Shown here: positions 17,501 to 26,100 of the stretch, in pieces
Numbering within the stretch: the first letter of the stretch is position 1
Layout of the letters: each line of letters opens with the position of its first letter
Assembly: GCA_041651015.1 (NCBI GenBank)
Contig: JBAZKA010000003.1
Location: 42,572-106,571 of the forward strand
Source: Patescibacteria group bacterium
Lineage (GTDB): Bacteria; Patescibacteriota; Patescibacteriia; Magasanikbacterales; GWA2-37-8
DNA length: 64,000 nucleotides
Direction of reading: 5' to 3'
The notes under the pieces: model-generated
What the model was told of the DNA's origin: nothing
Database searches by the model: none
The model's input: the letters and a program-made list of their open reading frames with translations, nothing else
Position numbers and translations under genes: made by a program

Positions 17501-18303
17501 AATTTTTTGGCGACAATATGAACATTGGGCGACGGCAGCCAAAATAATAATTTTGATTCCAATGTAATCAAACAATTTACAAATTTCTTAAGCTTAGAAA
17601 ATCCGGCCGATGATTCTTGGGCAAAAAATGTTTCGTTGTTGATTTGCCCGCCCGATTTATTGGCCGCACGCCCCATGGCCTTGAACACGGCCACACCGAG
17701 GATTTGGCCGAGGATATTTTCCGCGTAAGTTTCCGACTTGATGCGAAAACCGGAATTGATAAAAATTTTACGCGCCTCCGCGAGCGAGAAAAAATTTACA
17801 TGTCCGGCAAATCTGTTGGTTAAATTATTTTTCCATCCCAATTTGTCCAGCCAACGCCAGAGCGACGTCTTGTCCCCTTCGCACGGCACGAAACCGTACA
17901 TAATTCCTTTTGTTTTCAGGACGCGTTTGATTTCCGCGACAAAATTCTCCGGTTCACTCACGTGTTCCAAAACATCCATAAATATAACAGCATCAAAATT
18001 ATTATCCTCGTAGGGAAAACGTCCGCCATCAAACGCAGTATAACGCACACCATCAACCGCACCCACTGCTGTATTAATTGCTTCTTGACTCAAATCCACG
18101 CCAAAACATTCCCACTCGGGACGGATTTTTTTTATTGCCCGGATAAACGCGCCCGCACCACAGCCGATTTCCAAAATCTTCGCGCCTTCGGGTAATTTCC
18201 TCAAAGATTTCAAACATCGCCCAAGCCGGATGTTCATCGGATCAGACCATTTGAGCGTGGCCGTCCCCCGCCCCCAAATTGATTGTTCGTAATTAAATGA
18301 CAT
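17497..18303 (-). CDS. class I SAM-dependent methyltransferase
   Basis: 'AKILEIGCGAGAFIRAI' (motif I) and 'DAVIFMDVLEHV' (motif II/post-II). Confidence 0.8.
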   Translation of the reverse strand: MSFNYEQSIWGRGTATLKWSDPMNIRLGRCLKSLRKLPEGAKILEIGCGAGAFIRAIKKIRPEWECFGVDLSQEAINTAVGAVDGVRYTAFDGGRFPYEDNNFDAVIFMDVLEHVSEPENFVAEIKRVLKTKGIMYGFVPCEGDKTSLWRWLDKLGWKNNLTNRFAGHVNFFSLAEARKIFINSGFRIKSETYAENILGQILGVAVFKAMGRAANKSGGQINNETFFAQESSAGFSKLKKFVNCLITLESKLLFWLPSPNVHIVAKKL

Positions 18304-18312
18304 GGAAATATA

Positions 18313-19428
18313 TTATAGCGCTAAATAGACTTCCTTCAACTTCCTCATATGTTCCTCAACGGAATATTTCTTGGCCGACTCGCTCGCTCGCTCGGAAATA
18401 ATTTGCCTTTCCACTTCGGACAAATTTAAAATTTTATTTAGTCCATCTATCCAAATTTGCTCATTATTAACCTTGAGCAAAAATCCATCTTCATTATTTT
18501 TTATTCTACCACGAAGACCGGACACTTCGCTTCCAGCTACAATCGCGCCCCCGGCCATGGCTTCCACGGCCACGAGCGAAAACGATTCTGACAGAGACGG
18601 TATCGCGACTACGTTCGCCACGCGATAATAATCTGAAAGCAGTTCGCGCGAAACATCATTGCCTAAAAATATAATTTTATCTTGTAATTTTTTCTCGTTA
18701 ACCAAATCGCGGATACTCTGCTCTGCATATCCCCCGCCGACAATCGCCAGCCGAGCGTCATTATCTAAATTCGGCAAAATTTTAATTAATAATTGCAAAT
18801 TTTTTACGGGCAAAAGATTTCCCACAAACAAAATTACTTTTTTGCCCGTTAGCTCCTGATGTCCGAGCTCAAGCCATGTTTTGATTGAGGCCGGCTTGAA
18901 CACGGATAAATCCACGCCGTTGGGTAAAACCACGGATTTATCTTTACCGATATAACGTCCAAATTTTGATGCTTTAAAATAATCTTCATCCACCACGATG
19001 ACTCTATCAGCAACACTAAATAATTTTTTGGAATAAATTTTATCGTAAAGATTATTGGCAAAACTCAAACATCCCGCCCGTTGCGCGTCCATATGATACG
19101 TGACCACTAATTTAAAACCGAGCAATTTTTTTGCTTTGATGAGCGAGCCAAGCGCGCCGTAAAAAGGATAATGGAGATGAACGACATCAAATCCTCGTAA
19201 AAGTTCTTCCAAATTACGTAAAATTCCGCCGTCACCAATTTTAATAAACGGCTTGAGACGAAAAATTTTATATGATAAATCTTCATCCTCATATTTGTAA
19301 TTAGGGTATGCCAGCGTAAACACCGCAACTTCATGCTCGGGAGCGAGGCGCACCGCTTCATCCTCGCAAACCAAACCCATACCGCCCTTGTGCGGTGGAA
19401 AAGTGGAAACAAGATTTGCGATTTTCAT
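18313..19428 (-). CDS. GT4-family glycosyltransferase
   Basis: N-terminal 'STFPPHKGGMG'. C-terminal 'VVAIPSLSESFSLVAVEAMAGGAIVAGSEVSGL' (the EX7E region). Confidence 0.8.
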   Translation of the reverse strand: MKIANLVSTFPPHKGGMGLVCEDEAVRLAPEHEVAVFTLAYPNYKYEDEDLSYKIFRLKPFIKIGDGGILRNLEELLRGFDVVHLHYPFYGALGSLIKAKKLLGFKLVVTYHMDAQRAGCLSFANNLYDKIYSKKLFSVADRVIVVDEDYFKASKFGRYIGKDKSVVLPNGVDLSVFKPASIKTWLELGHQELTGKKVILFVGNLLPVKNLQLLIKILPNLDNDARLAIVGGGYAEQSIRDLVNEKKLQDKIIFLGNDVSRELLSDYYRVANVVAIPSLSESFSLVAVEAMAGGAIVAGSEVSGLRGRIKNNEDGFLLKVNNEQIWIDGLNKILNLSEVERQIISERASESAKKYSVEEHMRKLKEVYLAL

Positions 19429-19432
19429 AAAA

Positions 19433-20305
19433 TTATAAAATGCTTCCTTCCCTGTCCTCATCGTCAACTGCAATTGGTAATATATACACATCAGCGTTAT
19501 AACTATCAACCCCGACTAATTCCGCTTCACCGCGCGCAATAATTTCAAACGAACGGCAGTCAGGGCAACCGGCATCGCCATTGGGACACTTGAATCTTTC
19601 AATCTGACGCGCCATCTTAATTTGTCGCGCCACATCCAAAACGCGCGCCCTCCCCTCTTCCAAATCCGGCAAAATTTTGTCAGTCAACACATCGCTGAAA
19701 CCCAGGTACCAATAACCGGCATTAGACACTTTGCGCTTTTGACAATTCTGTACCAATAAATTATATATGGGCAGTTGCAGTGAACCTGCGTCCTCTTCAC
19801 GCTTGCCGGTTTTAAAATCAATAATTTGCACGCTGTCAATTTCCGGAAGGTATTTTAGCCAATCAATCTTGCCACACAAAATAATATTTTCTTCTTCGTC
19901 CAGCCAAAAATATGGCAGATCCATATTTATTTTTACCGAGAGTTCTGTGATTGGTCCGGGGTGATTCATCACACGGCGCATCATTTCCTCGCCGCGCATG
20001 CGATAGCGATATTCCACTTCTTCGTTTGGAAAACCACCCTTTTTACCGCTAACATTTTTCCACGCTTCGTTAAATTTTGTCACCAATGAATCTTGCAAGC
20101 GTTTTTCGCGCGGTAAAACCGATAAAGATTCCAAAACCTCGTGCGCGATTTGCCCGAGCGCGAGCGAGGGTGTCATCAATTTTATCTTGTGATTATTTTT
20201 CGGGTCGCGATAAACATTTTTCAAATAATACGCGCGCGGACAACGCAAAAAATCACTGATGGAAGAATGGGAAACCCATGTAGCTGAATATTTATCAGGA
20301 GGCAT
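19433..20305 (-). CDS. PD-(D/E)xK nuclease, RecB/Cas4-like with Cys4 cluster
   Basis: 'ILCGKIDWL', 'IIDFKTGK' (a D-x-K motif), 'QLPIYNLL' (the QhxxY motif of RecB-family nucleases). Cys22 plus the C-terminal 'CPNGDAGCPDC' (C-x5-C-x2-C). Confidence 0.55.
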   Translation of the reverse strand: MPPDKYSATWVSHSSISDFLRCPRAYYLKNVYRDPKNNHKIKLMTPSLALGQIAHEVLESLSVLPREKRLQDSLVTKFNEAWKNVSGKKGGFPNEEVEYRYRMRGEEMMRRVMNHPGPITELSVKINMDLPYFWLDEEENIILCGKIDWLKYLPEIDSVQIIDFKTGKREEDAGSLQLPIYNLLVQNCQKRKVSNAGYWYLGFSDVLTDKILPDLEEGRARVLDVARQIKMARQIERFKCPNGDAGCPDCRSFEIIARGEAELVGVDSYNADVYILPIAVDDEDREGSIL

Positions 20306-20306
20306 A

Positions 20307-20651
20307 TTATTTGTTTTCTTTTAAAGACAACGTGCGCGTCAATTCGGTAATTTCATGTTTTTGTTTTTCCACTTTTGCGGTCAAACGAAAGACGGAAAAA
20401 AATAATACAACTAAAGCCAGATAGACAACCAAATCAGCGCCTCGGCCAATACCAATTTTATTCGCGATAACAAATGTCGCGTCCGGCCAAACCACAATGC
20501 CGGCGGCCGCCACCCAAAACGCCAGCCAATAAACAAAACCGAGCAAACGAATGTCGCCGGCGCGAAATTGAACAAAAGCTTTAACTACGGCAAAGACGAA
20601 AAAAATCAGGAGCAAAATTTGGATTAGAGTCATATTAAAAAATTTTACCAA
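20307..20651 (-). CDS. DUF2304-like small membrane protein, the usual partner of GT2 DPM1-like transferases
   Basis: 114 aa, 3-4 TM helices, charged C-terminus. Overlaps the end of the GT2 gene (gene pair). Confidence 0.55.
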   Translation of the reverse strand: MVKFFNMTLIQILLLIFFVFAVVKAFVQFRAGDIRLLGFVYWLAFWVAAAGIVVWPDATFVIANKIGIGRGADLVVYLALVVLFFSVFRLTAKVEKQKHEITELTRTLSLKENK

Positions 20652-21291
20652 ATAATAAATCTTTTAAAATCGCCAGGCCGCCCAAAGCGCTTTGGCCGTA
20701 TTCATTGTATCGCACCTCCACCGGACACTCGGAGTATTTGAGTTTGGCCCGACGCGTTTTGGCCACAATTTCTGAATTATGCGCCATTCTATCTTGAGTA
20801 ATCGTAATCGCTTCGTATGCGCGCCGATTCATCAGGCGGAAACCGTTATGGGCGTCGGTCAGGCGCACGCCGGTGATGCAAAAATTTATCAACCGCGCGA
20901 TTGGCAAAACAAAATATTTTTTACTAAAGGGAATTTTGGAACGCGCGTCTAAAAACCGGGAACCAAAAACAATGTCTAAATTATTTTCCCGCAATAATTT
21001 TTCAGCAATGCGGATATCAGCCGGATTGAATTGCCCGTCAGCATCAAAATGCGCCACCAAGTCCGCGCCATGGGCAAAAGCATAATCATTGCCGGTTCTA
21101 AGCGCCGCGCCTTGCCCGCGGTTAATCGCATGGCGCACCACCATTGCTCCGGCGCGGAGCGCTTCATCCGCGGTCTTGTCGGTTGAACCGTCGTCAACCG
21201 CCACCACCTTGGTAAAACCGTTTTCAAAAAGGCCGCGTATGACGCGACCTATTGATTTTTCTTCATTGTAGGCGGCAATGACGACAAACAT
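20635..21291 (-). CDS. GT2-family glycosyltransferase (dolichyl/polyprenyl-phosphate sugar synthase-like)
   Basis: 'MFVVIAAYNEEKSIGRVI...VVAVDDGSTDKT' and 'DADGQ' (the DxD region). Confidence 0.8.
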   Translation of the reverse strand: MFVVIAAYNEEKSIGRVIRGLFENGFTKVVAVDDGSTDKTADEALRAGAMVVRHAINRGQGAALRTGNDYAFAHGADLVAHFDADGQFNPADIRIAEKLLRENNLDIVFGSRFLDARSKIPFSKKYFVLPIARLINFCITGVRLTDAHNGFRLMNRRAYEAITITQDRMAHNSEIVAKTRRAKLKYSECPVEVRYNEYGQSALGGLAILKDLLFGKIF

Positions 21292-21293
21292 AA

Positions 21294-22316
21294 TTAACGT
21301 CTATGATTGAACATGAGGGATTCTTTGTTGGCCACCACATATTCAATGGTTTTCTCTAAACCATCCTCCAAGCGCACCAAAGGCATCCAGCCCAGAGAAT
21401 TTTTGGCAAAGGTCAAATCGGCCGCGCCTTTTTTCGTTAAAAATAATAGCGGTTGCTCAAACACAATTTTGGAATCTGAATTAGTCATCTGAATAATCAT
21501 CTTGGCCACATCGGCAAAACTGACAATTTTATCCTCGCCCAAATTAGTAACTTTGACTTCATTGTCGGAAGACATCAACTTAACTAACCCGCTTACCATA
21601 TCATCAACATAACAAAGCGAGGTGGTAAAATTTTCATCACCGTAAATCACCAAATCCTCGTTGTTGATAGAATTGATGATAAAATCCGGAATTAGCAATC
21701 CTTGGAACAATCGCATGCGCGGACCAAAAGTGGTAAACACGCGCGCGATCTTCGCGTCCAATCCATGTACTTGCGAATAAGTCGCCACGCAGGTTTCGGC
21801 AAATTTTTTGCCTTCATCATAGCAGGCGCGTTCGGATAAATGATTGACCAAACCGATATCGGTCTCTTTAAAAACATTTTTCGCGTCGGTCGCATCACCA
21901 TAAACCACCGAGCTGGACGCAAAAACATATTTGGCTTTGTGCTTGACAGCCAAATCCAACGTATTAAACAAGGCATCGGAATTGGCGTGCAAGGTCTGCA
22001 TCTTCAAACTTTCAAAATCTTTGGGGCTGGTCGGGCAGGCCAAGTGATAAATTTCCTGGATGCCTTGAAATTTTATTTTGAACTTATTTAATTCTTCAAA
22101 TTGGTCCGGATCAAACGGCTGGGAGATATCGTGATTAATAAATTCGAAATCCGGATATTGCAAGAGGTGGCTGATGTTGGACGGGTCGGAATTAGAAAAA
22201 TCATCAATACAAATAACTTTGGCTTCTTTGAGCAAGCGCTCGCAGAGATGCGAGCCGATAAAACCGGCGCCGCCGGTGACGAGTACGTTTTTCTTTTCAA
22301 AAATTGGGGTATCCAT
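21294..22316 (-). CDS. NAD-dependent epimerase/dehydratase, UDP-glucuronate decarboxylase (UXS)-like
   Basis: 'VLVTGGAGFIGSHL', catalytic 'ACYDEGKKFAETC' (the YxxxK motif), and 'IYGDENFTTSLCYVDDMV'. Confidence 0.8.
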   Translation of the reverse strand: MDTPIFEKKNVLVTGGAGFIGSHLCERLLKEAKVICIDDFSNSDPSNISHLLQYPDFEFINHDISQPFDPDQFEELNKFKIKFQGIQEIYHLACPTSPKDFESLKMQTLHANSDALFNTLDLAVKHKAKYVFASSSVVYGDATDAKNVFKETDIGLVNHLSERACYDEGKKFAETCVATYSQVHGLDAKIARVFTTFGPRMRLFQGLLIPDFIINSINNEDLVIYGDENFTTSLCYVDDMVSGLVKLMSSDNEVKVTNLGEDKIVSFADVAKMIIQMTNSDSKIVFEQPLLFLTKKGAADLTFAKNSLGWMPLVRLEDGLEKTIEYVVANKESLMFNHRR

Positions 22317-22361
22317 ATTTGAGTAATTGGTAGTTAGTAATTGGTAATTTGGGAAATTTTA

Positions 22362-22430
22362 GCGTGTCATCCTGAACTCGTTTCAGGATCTATGGCCGAA
22401 AGATGCTGAAACAAGTTCAGCATGACGGTG
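22362..22430. repeat. double-hairpin repeat variant (GTCATCCTGAACtcgTTTCAGGATC ... ATGCTGAACaaGTTCAGCAT-GAC)
   Basis: Read directly. Shares the GTCAT/ATGAC ends with the other repeat family members. Lies between the UXS-like and S8 peptidase genes. Confidence 0.55.
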
Positions 22431-22467
22431 AATTTAGTTTATCAAATAAGCCTATTTTAAGCAAGTA

Positions 22468-24384
22468 TTATAATAATTTTGGCAAGACAACTGTTTTTAA
22501 CACCACCCCCTTGCCGGTGGCGACTTTAAATTCACCTCCGGTCAATTGATAGCGTAAAATATCGTATAAACCGTCGTGATTATAATCATCGGCTGTGAAG
22601 CGCGACGACACCGCTGATTTTGGGTATGCTTCTCGGCTGAAAGACCCGGAATCTAAATCCAAAGTGACAAGCGAACTGCCGGCCGAGTCGCCAATGGCCG
22701 CGACTGCTTGTTCACCGCCTCCCCGCCACACTTTCTTGATTATCAACCGCTCCACACTTTTGGCCGGCGATCCAACGACAGTTTGGAGCTTCAGGCCGGT
22801 AAAATCATACTTGTTTAGTGTGAGTTTGCCCGATGCCACACGAGCGCTCCAAAAATTTCCCAGCGAGTCCAAAGAATAATCCCCTATCGCGCCGGAAAAA
22901 GAAAATGAATTTTTGAGCGCGCCGTGCAAATTATAAATCGCCACGCGAGTGGATTTTTTCACGCCATCATAACCGGAGACGACCGCGCGCCACTCGCCGC
23001 CCAAATAAAATAATTTCAACTTATCATAAGTTTTATCCAATTTCCACGAACCGGACAAAATCCCGTTATCGGCATAAACAAAAATTTTGGAACCATTTTT
23101 TGTTTTGGTCAACGCCATGGTATAATCATCCGCCACCCAGTCTGAATCAACAATCTGTTCGCCCGCATTGGCGAGATAAATATTTTTTTCGCCCTCCGCG
23201 TCATAGCAATACAGCTTGGTTGATTTGTAATAACAAATTCTATTTAAATCGCCGGACGCGTGTTCTTCAGTCGCGGCTCGCGCCACCGCCGAAGCCACAT
23301 TCAACCGGCCATAACCCATTTGACCGGCAAATCCTGAATTTTTGGCGTCCACATCATCGGACGATGAAAGTAAAACAGAAATAATATCACGCGCCGTCCA
23401 TTCTGGACGCACGGATTTAACAAGCGCGGCTGTTCCGGCCACCAGCGGAGCGGAAAATGATGTCCCCTGCCAAGGCCCGCTAAAGACATTGTGTCCATTC
23501 TCATAAGACACTCTTTGGATGCTGTAAATATTTTCTCCGGGTGCCGACAAATCCACACAAGTGCCATAATTGGCAAAATCGCTTAGCCTATCCGCGCTAT
23601 CAACCGACGTCACTCCGATCAGCCAATTTTCGCTATCTTCACGATCAAAACATATGGGGTAATTCGGCGACTCATTTTCATCGCCTTTACCAATCACACG
23701 GTTGTTGCCGGCCGCCACCGTCACCATGATACCGCGATCATAAGCGCGACGCAGAGCATAACTCAAATCCTCATCATTGGCATTGCCGACAAAACTAATG
23801 TTTATGATATCCGCCCCATTATCTACCGCATAATTTATCGCTTTGGTGATGGTTTCATAAACACCGGAACCATAATTATCAATCGCCCGAATAGGCATAA
23901 TTTTAATTTTCCAATTAAGTCCGGCGCCAAACACATTATTATTTCCGATGGCGCCAATCAAACCGGCAATGGCCGTGCCGTGTGATAATGTCTCTTCATC
24001 AACTATATTATTATTTGAATCGATCACTTGCGGGTCATTATTATTCTCAATAAAATTCCACCCGCGCACATCGTCAATATAACCGTTTTGATCATCGTCA
24101 ATGCCGTTGTCCGCTATTTCATCGCTATTGGTCCAGATATTTCCCGCCAAATCCGGATGGTTATAATTTACGCCAATATCAATCACCGCCACAACGGTAT
24201 CAGGTGAGCCGGTCGTAGTCTGCCAGGCCTCTGGCGCGTTAATTTGCGCCCACATGGCCTGCTGATATGAATATCCCTGGTCGTTCAGCGCCGCGGCACT
24301 AACCGGAACCGCCAAAAACAAAAACAAGCCTGCCATCAGGCCAAATATTGATTTTTTTGCCAAAATATAATATGATGAGGTCAT
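22468..24384 (-). CDS. secreted subtilisin-like serine peptidase (S8) with C-terminal extension
   Basis: Signal peptide. 'AVIDIGV' (Asp), 'HGTAIAGLIGA' (His), 'GTSFSAPLVAGTAALV' (Ser). Confidence 0.85.
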   Translation of the reverse strand: MTSSYYILAKKSIFGLMAGLFLFLAVPVSAAALNDQGYSYQQAMWAQINAPEAWQTTTGSPDTVVAVIDIGVNYNHPDLAGNIWTNSDEIADNGIDDDQNGYIDDVRGWNFIENNNDPQVIDSNNNIVDEETLSHGTAIAGLIGAIGNNNVFGAGLNWKIKIMPIRAIDNYGSGVYETITKAINYAVDNGADIINISFVGNANDEDLSYALRRAYDRGIMVTVAAGNNRVIGKGDENESPNYPICFDREDSENWLIGVTSVDSADRLSDFANYGTCVDLSAPGENIYSIQRVSYENGHNVFSGPWQGTSFSAPLVAGTAALVKSVRPEWTARDIISVLLSSSDDVDAKNSGFAGQMGYGRLNVASAVARAATEEHASGDLNRICYYKSTKLYCYDAEGEKNIYLANAGEQIVDSDWVADDYTMALTKTKNGSKIFVYADNGILSGSWKLDKTYDKLKLFYLGGEWRAVVSGYDGVKKSTRVAIYNLHGALKNSFSFSGAIGDYSLDSLGNFWSARVASGKLTLNKYDFTGLKLQTVVGSPAKSVERLIIKKVWRGGGEQAVAAIGDSAGSSLVTLDLDSGSFSREAYPKSAVSSRFTADDYNHDGLYDILRYQLTGGEFKVATGKGVVLKTVVLPKLL

Positions 24385-24430
24385 ACCGTTCCATTATATT
24401 ATACATCATAATACAACCTCCGAACAACCT

Positions 24431-25819
24431 ATGTTTCACCGAATCAAACAAATTACCCTTGTGCTCGGCGACCTGCTGGTGCTAAATCTGTCGCTATGCG
24501 TCGCTTTGTGGCTCAGATATTTCTCATGGCCGGCCGACCAATGGGCGGAACTGTTTTATCCCATGGCCGGATTATTTACCGCCGCCATTATTATTTTTTT
24601 CGTTGTCGGCCTCTACGACATCGGGCAAGCCAAAAATAATCTGAGATTTTTCCAAAAAATCTATATCGGTTTGAGCATCTGGCTGGTGTTTGGTTTAATA
24701 TTTTTTTACTTAAACCATAAAATTACCGCTCAACCAAAAACCATCATCGCACTCTGCGCCCTAGTCGGGGCAGTGTTGATTTCTGTCTGGCGCGCTCTGC
24801 ACAATAAATTTTTATCAAAATCAATTCTCAAGACAAACATTGTATTTGTCGGTCTGTCGCCCGAAGTATTTGAACTGATCGCCAAAATTGAACGCGAACC
24901 CGCGCTCGGTTATGAAATAGTCGGGCTAATTCGCACTCCGCACGACACTTGCCAAGAACAATTGCCCGGATTATCCGGATATATCACGACCGATAATTTG
25001 AACGAGCTGGCGACAAAACAAAATAAGGCCGCGCAAATTTACATTATCGCGCCACAAGCGGCGCAAGACGAAAATTTTTCCAAGGAACTTTACGCGAGAT
25101 TATTTGAACAATCCGGCACTATCTTTCTAGCCAGATTTTATGAAGACATAATGACCCGAATTCCACCGTTTATTTTTTCCGATACATGGTTTCTGGCAAA
25201 TCTGGATGAACAAAGAAAAAAAATTTACGACCGCGCCAGAATTTTTGTGGATTTTATCTTTGCCGGATTTATGGCTGTGACTTTTGCCATTTCATTTCCT
25301 TTTGTCGCCCTGGCGATTAAATTATCTTCGCCCGGGCCCGTATTTTTTATTCAGGAACGAGTCGGCCGGAATGGCAAAACATTTAAAATTATTAAATACC
25401 GCACTATGAAAGTGTTGTCGGCCGACGGCAGCGCCGAGACCGGCGGCGCGCAATATGCGTCAGTTAATGACGCGCGAATTACCTCGGTTGGAAATTTCTT
25501 ACGCAAATCGCGGATTGATGAACTACCTCAATTTATAAATATTTTCCACAATGAAATGGCTTTGGTCGGCCCGCGCCCCGAGCGTCCGGAATTTGTGGCC
25601 GAGCTTTCCACCAAGATGCCCTACTACTCTTTACGCCATTTGATCAAACCCGGACTGACCGGCTGGGCGCAAATCCAAAAATCTTACTACGGCACAATTG
25701 AAGAAAACTTACGCAAGCTTGAATTTGATTTATATTATCTAAAAAATCGCGGCGTCATTTTGGATACCGCGATTATACTTCGGACGTTTAATATCTTGGG
25801 GAGATTGGGGGGGAGATAA
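24431..25819 (+). CDS. polyprenyl-phosphate glycosyl-1-phosphate transferase (WbaP/CpsE-type bacterial sugar transferase)
   Basis: About 5 N-terminal TM helices. C-terminal 'GPRPERPEF...IKPGLTGWAQ' sugar-transferase signature. Confidence 0.85.
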   Translation: MFHRIKQITLVLGDLLVLNLSLCVALWLRYFSWPADQWAELFYPMAGLFTAAIIIFFVVGLYDIGQAKNNLRFFQKIYIGLSIWLVFGLIFFYLNHKITAQPKTIIALCALVGAVLISVWRALHNKFLSKSILKTNIVFVGLSPEVFELIAKIEREPALGYEIVGLIRTPHDTCQEQLPGLSGYITTDNLNELATKQNKAAQIYIIAPQAAQDENFSKELYARLFEQSGTIFLARFYEDIMTRIPPFIFSDTWFLANLDEQRKKIYDRARIFVDFIFAGFMAVTFAISFPFVALAIKLSSPGPVFFIQERVGRNGKTFKIIKYRTMKVLSADGSAETGGAQYASVNDARITSVGNFLRKSRIDELPQFINIFHNEMALVGPRPERPEFVAELSTKMPYYSLRHLIKPGLTGWAQIQKSYYGTIEENLRKLEFDLYYLKNRGVILDTAIILRTFNILGRLGGR

Positions 25820-25889
25820 AAAAGCCGCGCCGGAGGACCGGCGCGGGAAAGAGACTGAAGGGAGAAGGAGCTGCATGGGATTATTATGC

Positions 25890-25964
25890 TTAAGTACTAA
25901 ACGCGAGTGCAAAGGCAATCACAACGGGCCCTAATATCAACACCCAATCAATATTTTTTAACAT
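25890..25964 (-). CDS. candidate 24-aa hydrophobic micropeptide (MLKNIDWVLILGPVVIAFALAFST) with consensus SD
   Basis: GGAGG lies 5 nt upstream of the ATG. Its own TTGACA-17-TATGAT promoter is at 25993-26021. Confidence 0.35.
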   Translation of the reverse strand: MLKNIDWVLILGPVVIAFALAFST

Positions 25965-25992
25965 TTTGTCCTCCTTTTGGTTTCTAAAAATT

Positions 25993-26021
25993 ATCATAAT
26001 ATAAAAAGACAGGCGTGTCAA
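25993..26021 (-). promoter_or_regulatory. sigma70-like promoter TTGACA-17-TATGAT for the micropeptide
   Basis: Minus strand: 'TTGACAcgcctgtctttttatatTATGAT'. The -35 sits inside the terminator hairpin at 26010-26032. Confidence 0.45.
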
Positions 26022-26039
26022 TGGCACACCTGCTTTTTT
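26010..26039. terminator. bidirectional hairpin terminator downstream of pyrG
   Basis: 'caggcgtgtcaatggcacacctg' followed by 'ctttttta', with an A/T run on the other side. Confidence 0.6.
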
Positions 26040-26054
26040 AGTCGGTTCTGAAAA

Positions 26055-26100
26055 CCGTGGGATTGCCACGTCGCCCCTTCGGGGCTCCTCGCAATGACAA
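26055..26100. repeat. GC hairpin element 'GCCCCTTCGGGGC...CGCAATGACAA' immediately 3' of pyrG
   Basis: Ends in an AATGACA motif like the dispersed repeat family. Confidence 0.35.
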
